Assembly: GCA_964016885.1 (NCBI GenBank)
Contig: OZ024740.1
Location: 126,294,001-126,358,000 of the forward strand
Direction: 5' to 3'
DNA from: Eledone cirrhosa
Lineage: Eukaryota
DNA length: 64,000 bases
This document shows, one piece after another, positions 12,721 to 27,809 of this stretch (its first letter is position 1; each line of letters opens with the position of its first letter). The translations under genes and the position numbers were made by a program. Under the pieces are notes generated by a model that worked only from the letters and a program-made list of their open reading frames with translations, did no database searches and was not told where the DNA came from.

Positions 12721-15588
12721 TTTAGCGGAGAGTTATATTTAGTAAGTTGTAATGTTGCCACGAGGAACCAGGTTTGGTAGAAAGATATGATAGGAATATC
12801 GACAACGACTTTAGCTTGTTTTTACATAATTTATTAACAAAGGTTAAGAAGTGAATTAAGTTGGCATGCCAAGAATAATAAAATAATTCAATTAAGATTA
12901 CAAGAGAAAATACGGTCGACTGGCTGAGGCGTTTGGCCAGGTCGGTAGTAAAATTGTTGTGTCGTTACATATTGTTTGTGCTTACAGCGCAAAAGAACAA
13001 GTGGTGTTTACCTTAGCATGGTCAAGCTGCAAGAGTTTGATTCCTCAAATCTTCGCGGGCTATTTCTCCCTCAGGACGCGTAGGGATACATCCACTTCTC
13101 CTGGCGCTGATTGGCTGAGCTGAGCCAAATCACGCACAGAGAATGTATGTGAACCCGCAGATTGTAGGTCACTGCAATACCCCCTTCTAGACGGAATGCG
13201 ATATAGATTATAGAATCAGCAAGAACAAATGCTGAAAGAGCACATCAGTGAAAAAATAATTGAGCAGAAGGATGCATGCAAGAAAAAAAAATGAGGCGCT
13301 ACGAGCCGTGTTGAGCCGCTGTCAAATGACTAGCTGTTTTGTAGTTTATACGTGACCACCAAAGGTCTACCAGAAAACGGATAAAGTCTGACATGGGCAA
13401 AGTTGCTGTTCTTGCATTAAATATTAATGGTAAGTGTTGTACCAGTAGCTGTGGACGAAGCTATTATGATAGTTTACCAGTGCTGGCAAGAAGATGATGG
13501 GTAGGCGAGAAAATGTTGGCCTCCCAGATGTATTGCCGAATGTGCTAAGGAGCCAGGAAAAAATGGCTGGTTGCTTTGATAAGAAAAAAAAAGGCAAGCT
13601 GAATCTGTAGGTGGGTTGCAGTCCCACAATTCGGGCGAATCGACAGAAGTGGTGGAAATGCTGACAAGTCCAGTTCTATTTGTTGTTATCCCGGTGAGTT
13701 GGGTAAGATAACAAGATAGAGGTTGTTATGGACGATGAATGTGCAACGAGATGCGAAACTGTTTGAGTTCAGCTGCAATTAGCATTCTCGTGTTGCGGTG
13801 CAGGTGAATTAAGCTGCAAGTGTCGATAGCATGTTTTGGGTAGTGAAAAGAGATCTCGCAGAATATTACGACGCTTGAAGATCACATAGCATAGACAACA
13901 ACATGTTGGTGTGTGTATATATGCAGGCATGTAATACAGCAAAGAAAATGTGTGCGTGCGGTCACATATACAATGATAGAGAGAAATGAATTTTCATATA
14001 ATACAGTTAAAAAAAAATAAATGTCCAAAATAAATGCCTGAAAAAAAAAGGAAGAAAGAAAGAATTGTTTCTTTTCTTTTAACAAAACGTTCGCTTTTTT
14101 TTTCTTTGAGAACACTCTTACTGAGGAGCTAGTAGAGTTGTTGTTGTTGTTAAAGCAAAGTCACAATGAATCTTCTGTAGAGTAGAAGTCGAGCGTTGAA
14201 GAACCTAGTGTCACCAACATGGCAGCCACGTCTGACGCCATAATGGTGAGAAAACTAATGTCTTAATTTCTGGAGTCCTTGTGGTAACGAGACAGAAGGT
14301 ATGGTGGTTGCGTCGGTAAAGTTACAAGCCGTTCCCTGGTGCTTTGTTAATAGTTAGCCATGTGTTGCTTCTGATGGCTGGTACTTGGTGGTAGCCGTTT
14401 TGAAATTTCCTCGTGGCGTAAAGTTTTTGAAATACTGCTAATTTTTTTTCTAAAAATATTCTAAAGAAAATTTGAATAATAAAAAAATTATTTTCCATGA
14501 AAATTATTCGGCGAGAAAATCCCAAGATGGCTGATCGAAAAATGTGTCCGTGATGAAGAAGCCGTCATGTGGCACGATGCAGCCAATCAGATGGCTGGGA
14601 TTGAAGAAGACAAGGTGTACGCGGGAAAACAAAATTTTTGAGTCTCCATTAGTAATTTTAACAGAAGGTTGAAAGCAAAATTCTATATCCAGAGAAATCC
14701 TTTTTTTTTTATTTTTTTTAACAAACTATGCTTGCAAGGCAACTTGTTCTTAGTCGGTCGTCACCGTGCTCAGTTTATCAACTAATTGAAATATACCAAA
14801 CCACTTGAACCGGATAAAAGACATCGCATAATTTTCAATCCAAAAGAGAAATGTTTTGTTAGTCGTCGAAAAAACTCTTTCTTTTGTGTTGTATTTTTGT
14901 GTTCGTCTGTATGCGTGAGTTACTAGTGTTACCATGAAAGTTATGACAGAAATATTGTGCAGGCCGCGTGCTTCAACAAATGGAATATTATGAATTTTAT
15001 GGACTTACTCTAAGTGAGTCTAGCTACCCGATTCGAACATTCCAAATGTTAAGCCACTCCACATTGCCATTAAAACGAATGGCGAATTCAAATAGGCTGC
15101 GTTTTCATACTTAATCGTCGAAGGTCACCAATTTAGCAGAAAAAGTATATTTAGAGAGTTGTAATGTTGCCACAAGGAACCAGGTTTGGTAGAAAGATAT
15201 GATACGAATATCGACAACGACTTTAGCTTGTTTTTACATAATTTATTAACAAAGGTTAAGAAGTTAATTAAGTTGGCATGCCAAGAATAATGAAATAATA
15301 CAATTAAGATTACAAGAGAAAATACGGTCGACTGGCTGAGGCGTTTGGCCAGGTCGGTAGTAAAATTGTTGTGTCGTTACATATTGTTTGTGCTTACGCA
15401 TCAAAAGAACAAGTGGTGTTTACCTTAGCATGGTCGAGCTGCAAGAGTTTGATTCCTCAAATCTTCGCGGGCTATTTCTCCCTCAGGACGCGTAGGGATA
15501 CATCCTCTTCTCCTGGCGCTGATTGGCTGAGCTGAGCCAAATCACGCACAGAGAATGTATGTGAGCCCGCGGATTGTAGGTCACTACA
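12721..15588 (-). mobile_element. Non-autonomous LTR retrotransposon (Gypsy-like), 2868 bp
   Basis: ~456-bp LTRs at 12721-13176 and 15132-15588. TSD GTCA at 12717-12720 and 15589-15592. PBS TGGTGACCTTCGACG (minus strand, 15116-15130; tRNA-Trp-like start). PPT AGAAGGGGGTAT (13177-13188). The interior has no pol, only a possible decayed gag knuckle near 13620-13680. Confidence 0.9.
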
Positions 15589-15603
15589 GTCATATATATA
15601 TAT

Positions 15604-16975
15604 ATGATAAAGAACACAAGAGCGTCTACAACATCAAAAGATTTTTATTGGCTTACAATGTTTCTTCCTTACGTAACCGTAGGATTCGTCAGAGCTATAA
15701 AAGGGGTTTGATTGGTGTTATGGACTCTACCAACCAAACATTCAAGAACAAAGAGTAAAGAGAGTAAAGAGCAAAAGCAGGGGACGATAAGTCTAATTTT
15801 GGTACGGGAGGGTGGGGTGTGGGTCCTTGTTTACTAGCTGTGGTCATATTCATTCCCGGGAGTCGAGTGGTTAGTTGAGCCATAGATGGGGTGGCGTCGA
15901 TAGTAGGGTGCAGAGGGGGTGCAGAGGCTACACACACACAAAGGGCATAAATATATATATAACGGAGGAGAAAGTACATGAGGTAATTAGAAATGGAAAA
16001 AGAGTAATAATAATAATCTATAATTAATAATGTATAATAAGGCATGGGGAAGATTACACTATAATAAGGTATAAAAGTAAGAATAATGTAAAATATAAAG
16101 GAGGATAAAAGTGAAAATAAGAATAAAGATGAAAAAATATATATATATAAATAAAAAAATATATAGAGAATATATAAAGAAATATAAGCAAGTATTAGAA
16201 AGGGAAAAACACAATGTAAAAAAACCGATTTTTTCAAATAAAAAAATTATGAATATGGGGGGAGAAAACGGGATAGAGAAATATAATCAAATGTGATTAG
16301 TTGAGAGAATATAAGATGATAATAGTTGTCAAGTTTATACATCTTAATAATAAATAATCTGTATATCAGAGTTACACATCCTTCAATTCACTTGCAGGTT
16401 CAACCCACGTGGCATAGTCCATTGTTCATCTGTGCGGTCATGTGCGTTTGTTTTTCACACCACAGCAGATGCACAAGTTCGTAAATTCCAATGCAGATAG
16501 AAATCTATTTTTGCTCACCCAGACATTGACGGAGGATCCAATATTCCTAGTTCAATATGTGTGTGTGTTAATTTGGTCGCACAAATCAATCACTTGGTTC
16601 AATATTATGGAGTATGGTTTTCTGGTCTTCGTAACAGTGTCAGTGGTTGTATATCTCGAAATCACAAGGATCACAGTACTCCGGTTTGGTGTGATTATCG
16701 GTCATCCAACTATGTTGTCGGTGGTTGGATTCAATTCTATTGCCCCGAACGTGGAACTTTGGTGTCGATTGAACATTAACGAGGCAGAGTGAGATCGCAT
16801 CTGTGGTACAAAACGGTACGCAAGGAAATTCTTCGACTTCGTTTCATCCGGGTCCAGCAGTCACGTGCAAGAGCCGCTACGTAGTAATTGTGAGGGTAAG
16901 CGGTCAAGATAGTAACTGACCGAAAATTCTCTTAGGAATTCAGACAGGCATGACAGGTACATTTAGGTCAGCAGT
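15604..16975 (-). mobile_element. Decayed PLE (Neptune-like 3' portion plus pLTR)
   Basis: There is an HHR in the terminal region and a minus-strand remnant TMPRGLN near 16400-16430, typical of the GIY-YIG C-terminus. The right boundary is approximate. Confidence 0.5.
15651..15695 (-). ncRNA. Minimal type I hammerhead ribozyme
   Basis: Minus strand: GCT-CTGACGA-ATCCTACG-GTTA-CGTAAGGAA-GAAA-CATTG-TA-AGC, with a GUA triplet. Confidence 0.8.
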
Positions 16976-17035
16976 TTCTTTATGTGTACGTGTGTCCGAT
17001 ACACACAGACACATATTTATATGTATTTCAACTCA

Positions 17036-17096
<61 letters not shown>

Positions 17097-17100
<4 letters not shown>

Positions 17101-19242
17101 TTGTGAGGTTTTTTATATGAAATCGTGTGTCGAAACAAATATTGTTATACTTGGGGAGGGACATATTGTGTGGAGATGATCAGTGAGAGTGAGGTGGAGT
17201 TCTGCGAGGTCGACACAGATGAACTGGGAATCCTACTTAGACTTACCTATGACACCGAGTACCTTAGCCGTTTCTGCCCTAGTAGACCCTTAAGAGGTGG
17301 ACACTCCCACCATAACCTCAATGGCCAAAAGGACTCCCACGGAAAGGTGGATTGGGTGGACCAAAGCCATACGGACCCTCCAAAATAATGATCAGGTAAG
17401 CAAAATGGTCGCTCTTGCAATAGGGGCTAGGAATTAAAACTTCCCTAAAGGGCCACATATTCAAATTCAACGAAAGGATCTACACCCACAATGTGGGAGC
17501 AGCTATTGGCGTCAGCATAGCTGGTGACGTTGCCAATCTTTTTGATGGTATGGTGGGAAAGGAGACTCAAATATCTCCTTGATGAGAGCTCTATAGACCT
17601 CATCATGTACTCTCCTTGCGTAGACGATATTAATATAGTAATACGGACACCCCCACAAGAGTGTACTAACAAATATGATTTAGAATGTAGCACAATGGAG
17701 AGCATCCAGCAGATAGCTAACTCCATACACCAGAGTATAACTGTAACTATCGACTACCCTACCAAACACCATAACAGTAGACTACCTGTATTAGACACGG
17801 AACTATGGATTAACACTATAGAGGAGAGGGCCCAAATTCTCCACTCACACTACGCTAAACTTATGGCCTTCAAATACCTGATACTCAAAACCTCAGCAAT
17901 GTCCAGTAGTGCTAAGTTTAATATTCTGATCGCAGTCTTGGTACGCGTGATGAAGAACGTGTCCCGCATGTGCGACCCAACAGAAATGGAAAGACACATC
18001 CAACACTTCATCAACCGTATGCAGTTCTTTGGCTACAACAAAAGAGACAGAATCAGAGTATGCAAAGGAGCCACGGAGAAGTATAAGACCCTCATAGAAT
18101 TGCACATGAAAGGAATTTGCTCAGTATACAGGAGCAAATCAAGGAATACCTTAGATAGGACTAAACATAAGATAGAGAAGCCAGAGATATCAAAGTGTCA
18201 TGTTCGTGGACGCTACCCATGGAGGGAAATTAGCTAACCAGAGTAGAAAGGCCATGAGAAAGACCCACTTAAAGATTAAAGTGGAAGAAAAACCAGGAAT
18301 TACCATAACATCCGTGATCAGCAAAACGTATCCTTTTAAGAAAACCCACTGTACTAATAGGAAATGTGTTATATGTAAAGTAAACGCCCAGACAAACTGT
18401 AAAACTAGAAACATAGTCTATAGCACGAGGTGTATAGAGGGTACTTGCAGAAACATGACAACAACATACATAGGCGAGACAGATCGAAGCATAGGAGAAA
18501 GGATAGTCTAACACTAGGGGGGGAATTAGAAGGACGAATAAACGGTTCAGTATTATACGAACACGACTGACAACAATATGACGGTAACATAGACAACATA
18601 GAAATTTAAATAACATCTAAACGTAGAAATAACCCAGGAGATAGTCAAATCAGAGAGGCAAGCGAAATAGAGCTTAGAAGGCCAAAGTTAAACAGAAAAC
18701 AATGAATGAATTAATAACACCCAAACAAACAATAATGACTTTAGAGAAATATAAATAGATAAATAAATAAATATATATATACACAAGCACAATAACAACA
18801 AACACATATAAACACCCACTAGTAAACTAACATAGAATACAATAACCAAAACACAGTCACCCAAACGCAAACATACACCAACCACTATGCACACAGGCAA
18901 ATGCAGGCGCAGAGAAAACAAAAATAAATAAATAAATAAACAAACAGATGCAATAAAAATGAATAGACATACAATACAGCAGGAGGAACATAATAGTACC
19001 ACTGATGCTGTTGCAGATGTGCAACGAAAGAACATTGTTAGACTATATATGTCTTTATATGTATATTATATCTGTATTTTAGACCGTTGGTCAGTCAATG
19101 TTAAACATTGAGGACCAAATGAATTAACTGTGAACATATAAAAGATACAGAAGCGAAAACCAACCAAATAGTGAGTGTGTTCTGGTATTATTTCTGGCAA
19201 CAATATTATTACAACAATATGACCCTCTCCAAGTATAACAAT
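17097..19242 (+). mobile_element. Penelope-like element (Naiad-type), frameshifted RT plus GIY-YIG, with a 5' inversion
   Basis: RT motifs GAAIGVSIAGDVANL / MVWWERRL / CVDDIN / LPVLD / HYAKLM. MFVDATHGGKLA..KVEEKPG..PF...C...C..C...C...VY...C...YIGETDRSIGER marks the GIY-YIG region. 17141-17170 is inverted to 19212-19242. Confidence 0.85.
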
Positions 19243-19245
19243 ATA

Positions 19246-19850
<605 letters not shown>

Positions 19851-19855
19851 TATAG

Positions 19856-20312
<457 letters not shown>

Positions 20313-20316
<4 letters not shown>

Positions 20317-20544
20317 AAAGTTATATTTAAATTGTTGGGTTACAACTAGTAAATATTTATAACTGATATAAAAGCAAGTAGATGCAAGTAGATGTTGTTA
20401 CGGTATGTCGAATCTATTTATCTATAAAACTGTTTATATTGTATTTTGTCTGAGGAAGGCATAGCATATTGTTAATATGATATCCCTGAAATATATATAA
20501 TGAAATAAATATGGTTTTATAAATATAGTTTCCATTTATTTAAT

Positions 20545-20549
<5 letters not shown>
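20313..20549. mobile_element. Family A head-to-head copy with HHR (~20442-20507, +)
   Basis: An inverted tail fragment (20313-20375) is joined to a forward arm TATTTTGT-CTGAGGA-AGGCATAGCATATT...AATATGATATCCCT-GAAA-TATATA-TA-ATGAAATA. Confidence 0.75.
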
Positions 20550-20600
<51 letters not shown>

Positions 20601-20607
<7 letters not shown>

Positions 20608-20872
20608 AGATCAAAAGATGGTTAAAGGAGTTCCATGTATTTTATTATGCGCATTTCAAAAACAAACATCATCATGCAATAATATTTGTGTTTTCATCAG
20701 ATAAGACAGGAGAACATGATATGAAGGCTAAAAAACACTTGTGGATAGTGCAGTTTTAAATCAACATCTTTTAATCTTATATTATGTATACTCCAGTCCT
20801 ACAAACTGTAGAGTGCTTCTTATCCGATATCTGCATTGCTTTATTGTACTACAATAAAACTCACCTCCTACA
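20601..20872. mobile_element. Non-coding PLE-type element, family D
   Basis: 20601-20620 is inverted to 20765-20784, with a tail to 20872. A second copy lies at 61693-61860. Confidence 0.7.
20642..20704 (-). ncRNA. Minimal type I hammerhead ribozyme (family D)
   Basis: Minus strand: TTAT-CTGATGA-AAACACAAATATTATT...GATGATGTTTGTTTTT-GAAA-TGCGCA-TA-ATAA. Confidence 0.8.
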
Positions 20873-20905
20873 TATATATATATATATATAGATAGATATA
20901 GATAT

Positions 20906-21834
20906 AGCGGCGATGAATTAGTTTTGCGAGGTTTTTATATGAAATCGTGTGTCAAAACAAATATTGTTATACTTGGGCATAAACTGTAAAAGTAGAAACG
21001 TAGTCTATAGCATAAGATGTACAGAGGGTACTTGCAGAAACATGACAACATCATACATAGGTGAGACACCTCATAGCATAGGTGAAAGGATAGACCAACA
21101 CTGGGGGGAACTAAAAGGACGAAAAAACGGGTCAGTACTATACGAACATGCTAGACAACAACACGACGGTAACATAGACAACATAGAAATTAGAATAATA
21201 TTTAAACATAGAAATGACCCAGCAGATAGGCAAATCAGAGAGGCCAGTGAAATAGAAATTAGAAGACCAAGGCTAAACAGAAAGAATGAATGGAATAACA
21301 ACAACACCCAAACAAACAACACTGACCTAAGAGAAGTATAAATAAGTAAATAAAATAAAATAAATAAATAAATAAATACATACAATAACAACAAGCACAT
21401 ACACACACACTAGTCACCCATCACACACTAGTCACCCATCACACAGCAAACAAAACACTATACACACACGCAAACGCATGCGCAAAGAAGACACAATAAA
21501 ATAAACAAACAAGCAAATAAATAAATAAATATATAGACAGACTGAATAAAAATTGGCGTAGACATGCAATGCAGCGGGAGGAAGGTATAGCACCACTGAC
21601 GATGTTGCAGATGTACAACGAAAGATTTATGATAAACTATATATATGTGTTTGTGTCTATATTGTATCTGTATTATTTTTGACCGTCGGCCAATCAATGG
21701 CAACATTGAGGACCGAGTAAGTTAGATTACCGATATAAAAGACACAGAAGTGAGAAGCGAAAACTAACCAAACAGTAAGTGTGTTCTGTTATTAATTCTG
21801 GCAATATTACACAAATCTGACCCTCCCCAAGTAT

Positions 21835-21841
<7 letters not shown>
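20906..21841 (+). mobile_element. Naiad-type PLE 3' copy (GIY-YIG plus 3' UTR) with a 5' inversion
   Basis: ORF 20949-21341 reads NCKSRNVVYSIRC...YIGETPHSIGERIDQH...RQIREASEI...LNRKNEWN. The termini match 17097-19242. Confidence 0.88.
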
Positions 21842-21871
<30 letters not shown>

Positions 21872-22071
21872 GAGAAGAAAGAAGAATACTGCGTGGTTGC
21901 ACATGGGTTACATATGATAAAATTAGTCAGTGATTTGCCAACCATCATTGATATTTCATCGCATTAAAAATCATATACCTCAGGTTGGTGCGAGCAATAA
22001 CTAAAAAAAGCTATTGGGACATAAATATACATGTTTGATTATAACACACACACACGCACACACACACACAC

Positions 22072-22107
<36 letters not shown>

Positions 22108-22117
22108 CCCCCCCCCC

Positions 22118-22150
<33 letters not shown>

Positions 22151-23776
22151 TTATAAAGGTTATGCGCCGGCACATCTAAGTACGGAATTGGAAGGTTGCA
22201 TTGCAGTTCATTACACGCAAATATACAGGTATGCGAATATAGGCAAACTATACATCATGAATGATTACAGGTCACATGTAATAACTATTAGCGTCAACGG
22301 GGTAAATATTTCCCACAGAGTCGGTGGATAGAGATTAGGGACTAATAAATGAAACTGACTCGATGTGTTATAGGAGGAATAGTTGAGATAGCTAAGGGAG
22401 GTGAAAGTGCTTGGCAGTTCATAAGAAGGATAGACCAGTGTAATGCACACTCAAGCACTTACGGGTTTCGAAGTTAAGTGATAATTAAATCAAATTCACG
22501 TTAAAAAGAAGGTTACAAGGTTAAAATCTATTAAAATAGCTAACTATAGATTCCAAGGAAAGTGTTAGATACCGTGTTCCAACAAGTGTTGGAGAAGTCC
22601 GAACGTTTGTTTATTAATATATATTTATATGTTATATATACCCATGTATGTATTTGAGCACGCACACGAACATTTTTCTTAAACCTAACTAGATCGCACA
22701 GTCAGGGATATGTTTGTATATACTATATATCACAATGGCACAAACCCTTACTCCAATACACACCACACAGGAAGGTGTTTAACTTCTTTAGGTTTAAATT
22801 CGGGGACAGCAAAGCAGCAATCTTTGAATATCAAAGTTATTCTTTACGGGGACGTAAGTAGAGAAAAGTAAGACGAAAATAAATAATAGAATTTACCAGC
22901 CTGCATTTTACCCCTTGTGAATCTAAGCTCCCGACTTGATTTAGTAAGTTGACACCTTCAGACCAGCGACCTAGTCCCACCACTTAATACTAACGAGCTT
23001 ACCTGTTGCTATCGTTTACAGTATATGCTTGCGTATAGCCGGATTAAAAATATTGTGTTCATACTGAGGCGAACATTTCAAAAACGAAACAAAACAAAAA
23101 AACATAAAAATTTGATGACAACACATAAACTAATTATCATGTAACAACTTTGATATGTTTGAATGATTTGATATGTTTGAAAAATTTGATGACAACACAT
23201 AAACTAATTATCATGTAACAACTTTGATATGTTTGAAATGTGCATAACAGGATGATGTATTAAACAGAGGATGTATACATGTGTATGTGTGTATAGAAAC
23301 AGAATATACACTCAAACAAACATAGAGGCACGTACACATACTCAAACGTACAAACACACACACACACACAAACACACACACACTCGCACACATATATATA
23401 TATATTTATTTATGAGCGTCGCAAGTACTGTGCATATATGATCTTTCGTGCATAAGAGAAGCGAATTACCTTTTTAGCACATGGGTTTTTTATTGCTCCG
23501 CGAAGGCTTTCTTTGAATAAATGATTTTTGTTCACATATGTTTTTACATATTCTTTACAAGTATTGGCGAAAATCTAGTTTGTTTAATCTTGAGCACATA
23601 CAACATGTAAAATGTATTAACTGATGCACAGAAATTTTGGCATGTATCCATGATTCAGAAAACTTACTATATATATATACATTCATACGCATGCTTAAAA
23701 ATCAACTTGTACAAACCCCAAGCTAAAAAGATGTACACACTCACACATAAAAGTATATATCTACACACATAACCCC

Positions 23777-23817
<41 letters not shown>

Positions 23818-24368
23818 TGAGAATGAATATATAAAATCATAGGAAGCAATGTCGCAATGAGTGTGCTGATTTAATCTTGGACATAGTGATCGAGAGAATG
23901 ATAGTTACAACAACATCAACAACAGTAACAATAAAAACAACACCAATGATAATCATAATAATAATAATAATAACTATAACAGTAATAATATGTTCTATAA
24001 TAAAAACAAATCGTCTATTTTGATGTTAAAGTTCAGTCAGCAGAAGGTGAAGATGGATAATATCTATAGAACCTAAATGATAATATCTTGGAAGGTGAAA
24101 ACGAAAAAATCTAGGAGTTTCAATACTATATTGTTTCTTATTTGTTTCCATCTACATATAACTATACATAGGTGTATATACACAGCCTGTAGAAAGCCCA
24201 CGGCTTTTTCGTGCATTACAATGTTGGCTCCTACAGACATTCAAATTCATCTTGATATTTGTCTAGTCTGGCTGATATCTCCCAATAACTTTTTTACTGC
24301 ATCTTTTTTCTAAGCTCTCTCTTCGTTATATACATATATATATATACATACATACTTACCCCCCCCCC

Positions 24369-24415
<47 letters not shown>

Positions 24416-26523
24416 AGTGTGCGTGTACATATACATGTATCTATATATGTGCACACGTAATATGTGTGGGAGATACAGGTTAGAGAGATACATATTTTAT
24501 ATATATATGTGTCTTCATGTATGTATACACGCACACGCACACACACGCACACACACAAATAAATATATTGTGTGTGTGTGTATGTGTCTGTGTGTGTGTG
24601 TGTGTGTTCATGTATATGCATGCAAATATCTATGCATATTGCGATTTATCTCATCTTTACATATTTCTTCTCTATATTTCTCAGGGCGATAACAAAAATA
24701 TAAGCAGAAATTTTATGTTTACACCACATCAACCTGCTTTCTACTTATCATATAACAAGCTATATTGTATTTGTATTTCTTGCGAACAGTATACTGAAAA
24801 TAACCATAACAATAGATTTTGAAATGCTCACAACGGAAAGAACATACAATCAAGCTGATTAAAGTTGGCGGTTTAGCTATGCAGCTGATTGCACATGGTG
24901 CCATAGTGAAAAAATTAAATACACAGACCTAATAATGATCGTGGGGATATTCGAGTATTGAAGTGAGTAGCAATTTTGAAGCATACATGAACAACATATT
25001 GAAGCGTAGCACCAAAAAAAAGAAGTTATTTAAAATTATTACATTTCATTTCAAACTCTAAAGTGTACATGGCTACATTACTCTACCAAACTGCTACAAT
25101 GTATGAACCAAGAAAAGTGTATTCACATGTTGAAATAGGAAAGCAATCATATCCTAACAACTTATGGAAGAGAGCGTATGTTTTACCAAATTTTATATTC
25201 CTTAATAAATGACAGGAAGGTCAAAGCTGCAATTGCTTTTTTTTTTTGTAATATGCCCGACCAAACTAGGAAAGCCCTGATACTAAGTGAAAGCTATTAT
25301 ATACACATCGGGCAGTATCTACAGATAGGCACATATACCTCATTGCACACAACCATACACTCACTTAATGTTACATGCACGTTCATTTGAAAGATAACTG
25401 AACAAATACTTTTTATGACTTAGACAATAATTCTTTTTTGGAGAAGAAATGTAAAATACGGTGATATTTTTCTTACATGGGAATATTAACCAATATAGTG
25501 AATACAGACAAAGCTCTGTAGTCTTCACAACCGCGTGGTTGTAGATTAGATTTGATTGCACAGCACCTTAGGAGATTTAGTATAGCCTCGTGTTTTCTGT
25601 ATGTCCCCTTGAAATATACATCTAAAATCAATCTCACACACACTATCATATTTTTATATATATATATACATACTGCTTCTATGTATGTGTAAATGTTTGT
25701 ATATGCCGAATTTCATTTACATATGTATACACCTTCCTACGTTGGTAAGTTCACTGGCCCGTGCTCACACACACCGTGACATCTCACAGCAGCCAACCTC
25801 GTCACGGTATAAGGCTCATCCTTCAACATTTTGCACAAACAAACGAACAAAACTTCACACGCAAATACTCATACACGCACGCACACATACACACACACGC
25901 ATGCGCACTCTCATATACGCACACAATAATTACCCCCTTTCTAATCCTTTCTAATAACTAAAAGACTCACTGAATAGCATTTCTACAAAATATCTGACTG
26001 AATACACACGAGTTTTTTCTCAACATTTTTTTCCCCATTGCTTCCACTTCTGACTCTCAATCATTCTATTTCCTCTTTTATTTGCCATTCTAATTCCTAG
26101 CGAGTGACTAATGCCCGGAAAAACTTAAGACTCTTTTCTCACTATATCAAGAGTTAAAGTAATGTTTCTTGAAAAGTGGGAATAAGTATTTAGAAATCCA
26201 TACAATGGAAATGGGTTAGAAATGAAAGGCTTGAGGTTTAAATCTTTCGACTTCAATCCTTTCAATTGCCTTCCGAACTGTTAACTAGGTAATCTAACCC
26301 ACGTGCATTGTACGACTTTCTAAATACACAAACCAACTTTTCATTTTCATACTCCATAATGAATAAAGCAAACTATCACACCTTGATATATTTTTCATTT
26401 TACTGTGCCGTTTACATTGTTATTTCTGTTTACCTTTTACACTCTCATGGGCACGCATGTATATATATAAAAATATATATATGCACAAATACATGCACAC
26501 ACACACACACACACACATACATA

Positions 26524-26544
26524 TCTATATATATAAAGATGAAG

Positions 26545-26595
<51 letters not shown>

Positions 26596-27074
26596 TGTGA
26601 GTTGGAATCCATAAAACTCGAGAAGTACCCAAACGATTTTTTTCAAACTTTACATGTGTATTACTTATGTTTCAGGGAGTGTTATGCACATACATAATTC
26701 AACTTTTTTATCCTCTAGGGACCGCATTAGGTGAAACACTTCATTTTTTCAGTTTTTTAGGGCTTTTTGGGGGCGTTACGTCTAGCCGATTTTCCGAAAT
26801 TTCAAGGCATACTAGGCACACAAAAAAAATAATTTTCTTGATCCCCTAGGGCCCGCATCAGGTGAAAACCAGCATTTTCCCTGCTTCATCGAGGAAAATC
26901 TTAAAGATTATCCAGCCATCAGAGCATTCGGTTTATTTTCTTTATTTTCTTTATTTTTGGTTTATTGTCTTTATTTTCTTATTGTCCAGGCATGCAGTTT
27001 TTCCACGATTAGGTCTGTTGGCGGCCCGCGTTCAAAAATACCTTATCCCGTGCAATGCCGAGTACAACTGCTAG
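26524..27074 (+). mobile_element. Non-autonomous Helitron, copy 2
   Basis: A|TCTATAT...CCCGTGCAATGCCGAG-TACAACTG-CTAG|T. Confidence 0.8.
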
Positions 27075-27809
27075 TATATATATATAATTTTCTTTATACG
27101 TTGTAGAATTCATGATTTATCTTATCTCAATCTGCTTTCTTGCAGTTCTGTTATTACGCCACTGTTAAATTTAGACGAAATCTGGTATTACCCAGAATAT
27201 ATCCTAACTTGCAGGTGAATCTGTAGTTTCATCCTGATATTCCGCAGCAAATAAACCTCTACTCGCAACAATTTATTAATAATGCTAATTTTCAAAATGC
27301 TCTATGAACAAATTTGTTCAATTGAAGCATTCGGGGTTACTTTAACCCAGGTTATACGAGGAGCAAATCTTGACATTTTAGATTACCACGTGCTGTGTTT
27401 TCCTGTTCATCAACTAACGTCCATAATAGCCAATGCTGATGCGCATCATTAAAATTGAGATAAAGGACACATAACAACCCACGTGTTATTACCTCGTGAT
27501 TAATTATTGTATCTTTCAATCTGTGTTTCAATAGTTTTATAATGTTTGCTATAATTTTATTCAACATTTTATTTGCAAGTTTTTTTAAACAGGTCGTTTA
27601 AGACATACTTATCTGAGCTATACACCCATGCTTTTCCAATTCATCCATCGTAATTCTGGCAGGGAAAACGATCTCCCAAATGAAATATTCACACTGTTTG
27701 AAACTTGTAACTATTGAAGCTATTTTTAACAAAATTAATAATAGCAATACGTCATTTATCTTTGAACCTTCAGGGCACAAAGAATACCTCCAGAATCTAA
27801 ACACCGTGA

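Noticed and set aside
21935-21990. HHR on the minus strand (CCAAC-CTGAGG...GAAA...GTTGG); related sequence at 49280-49360
   Set aside because: A9 is missing and position 17 would be G. At best it is a fossil.
23107-23237. ~57-bp tandem duplication
   Set aside because: It is a simple local duplication with no spacers or other structure; it is not CRISPR-like.
24700-25560. piggyBac transposase remnant
   Set aside because: There is only vague motif resemblance, and I found no TIR or TTAA.
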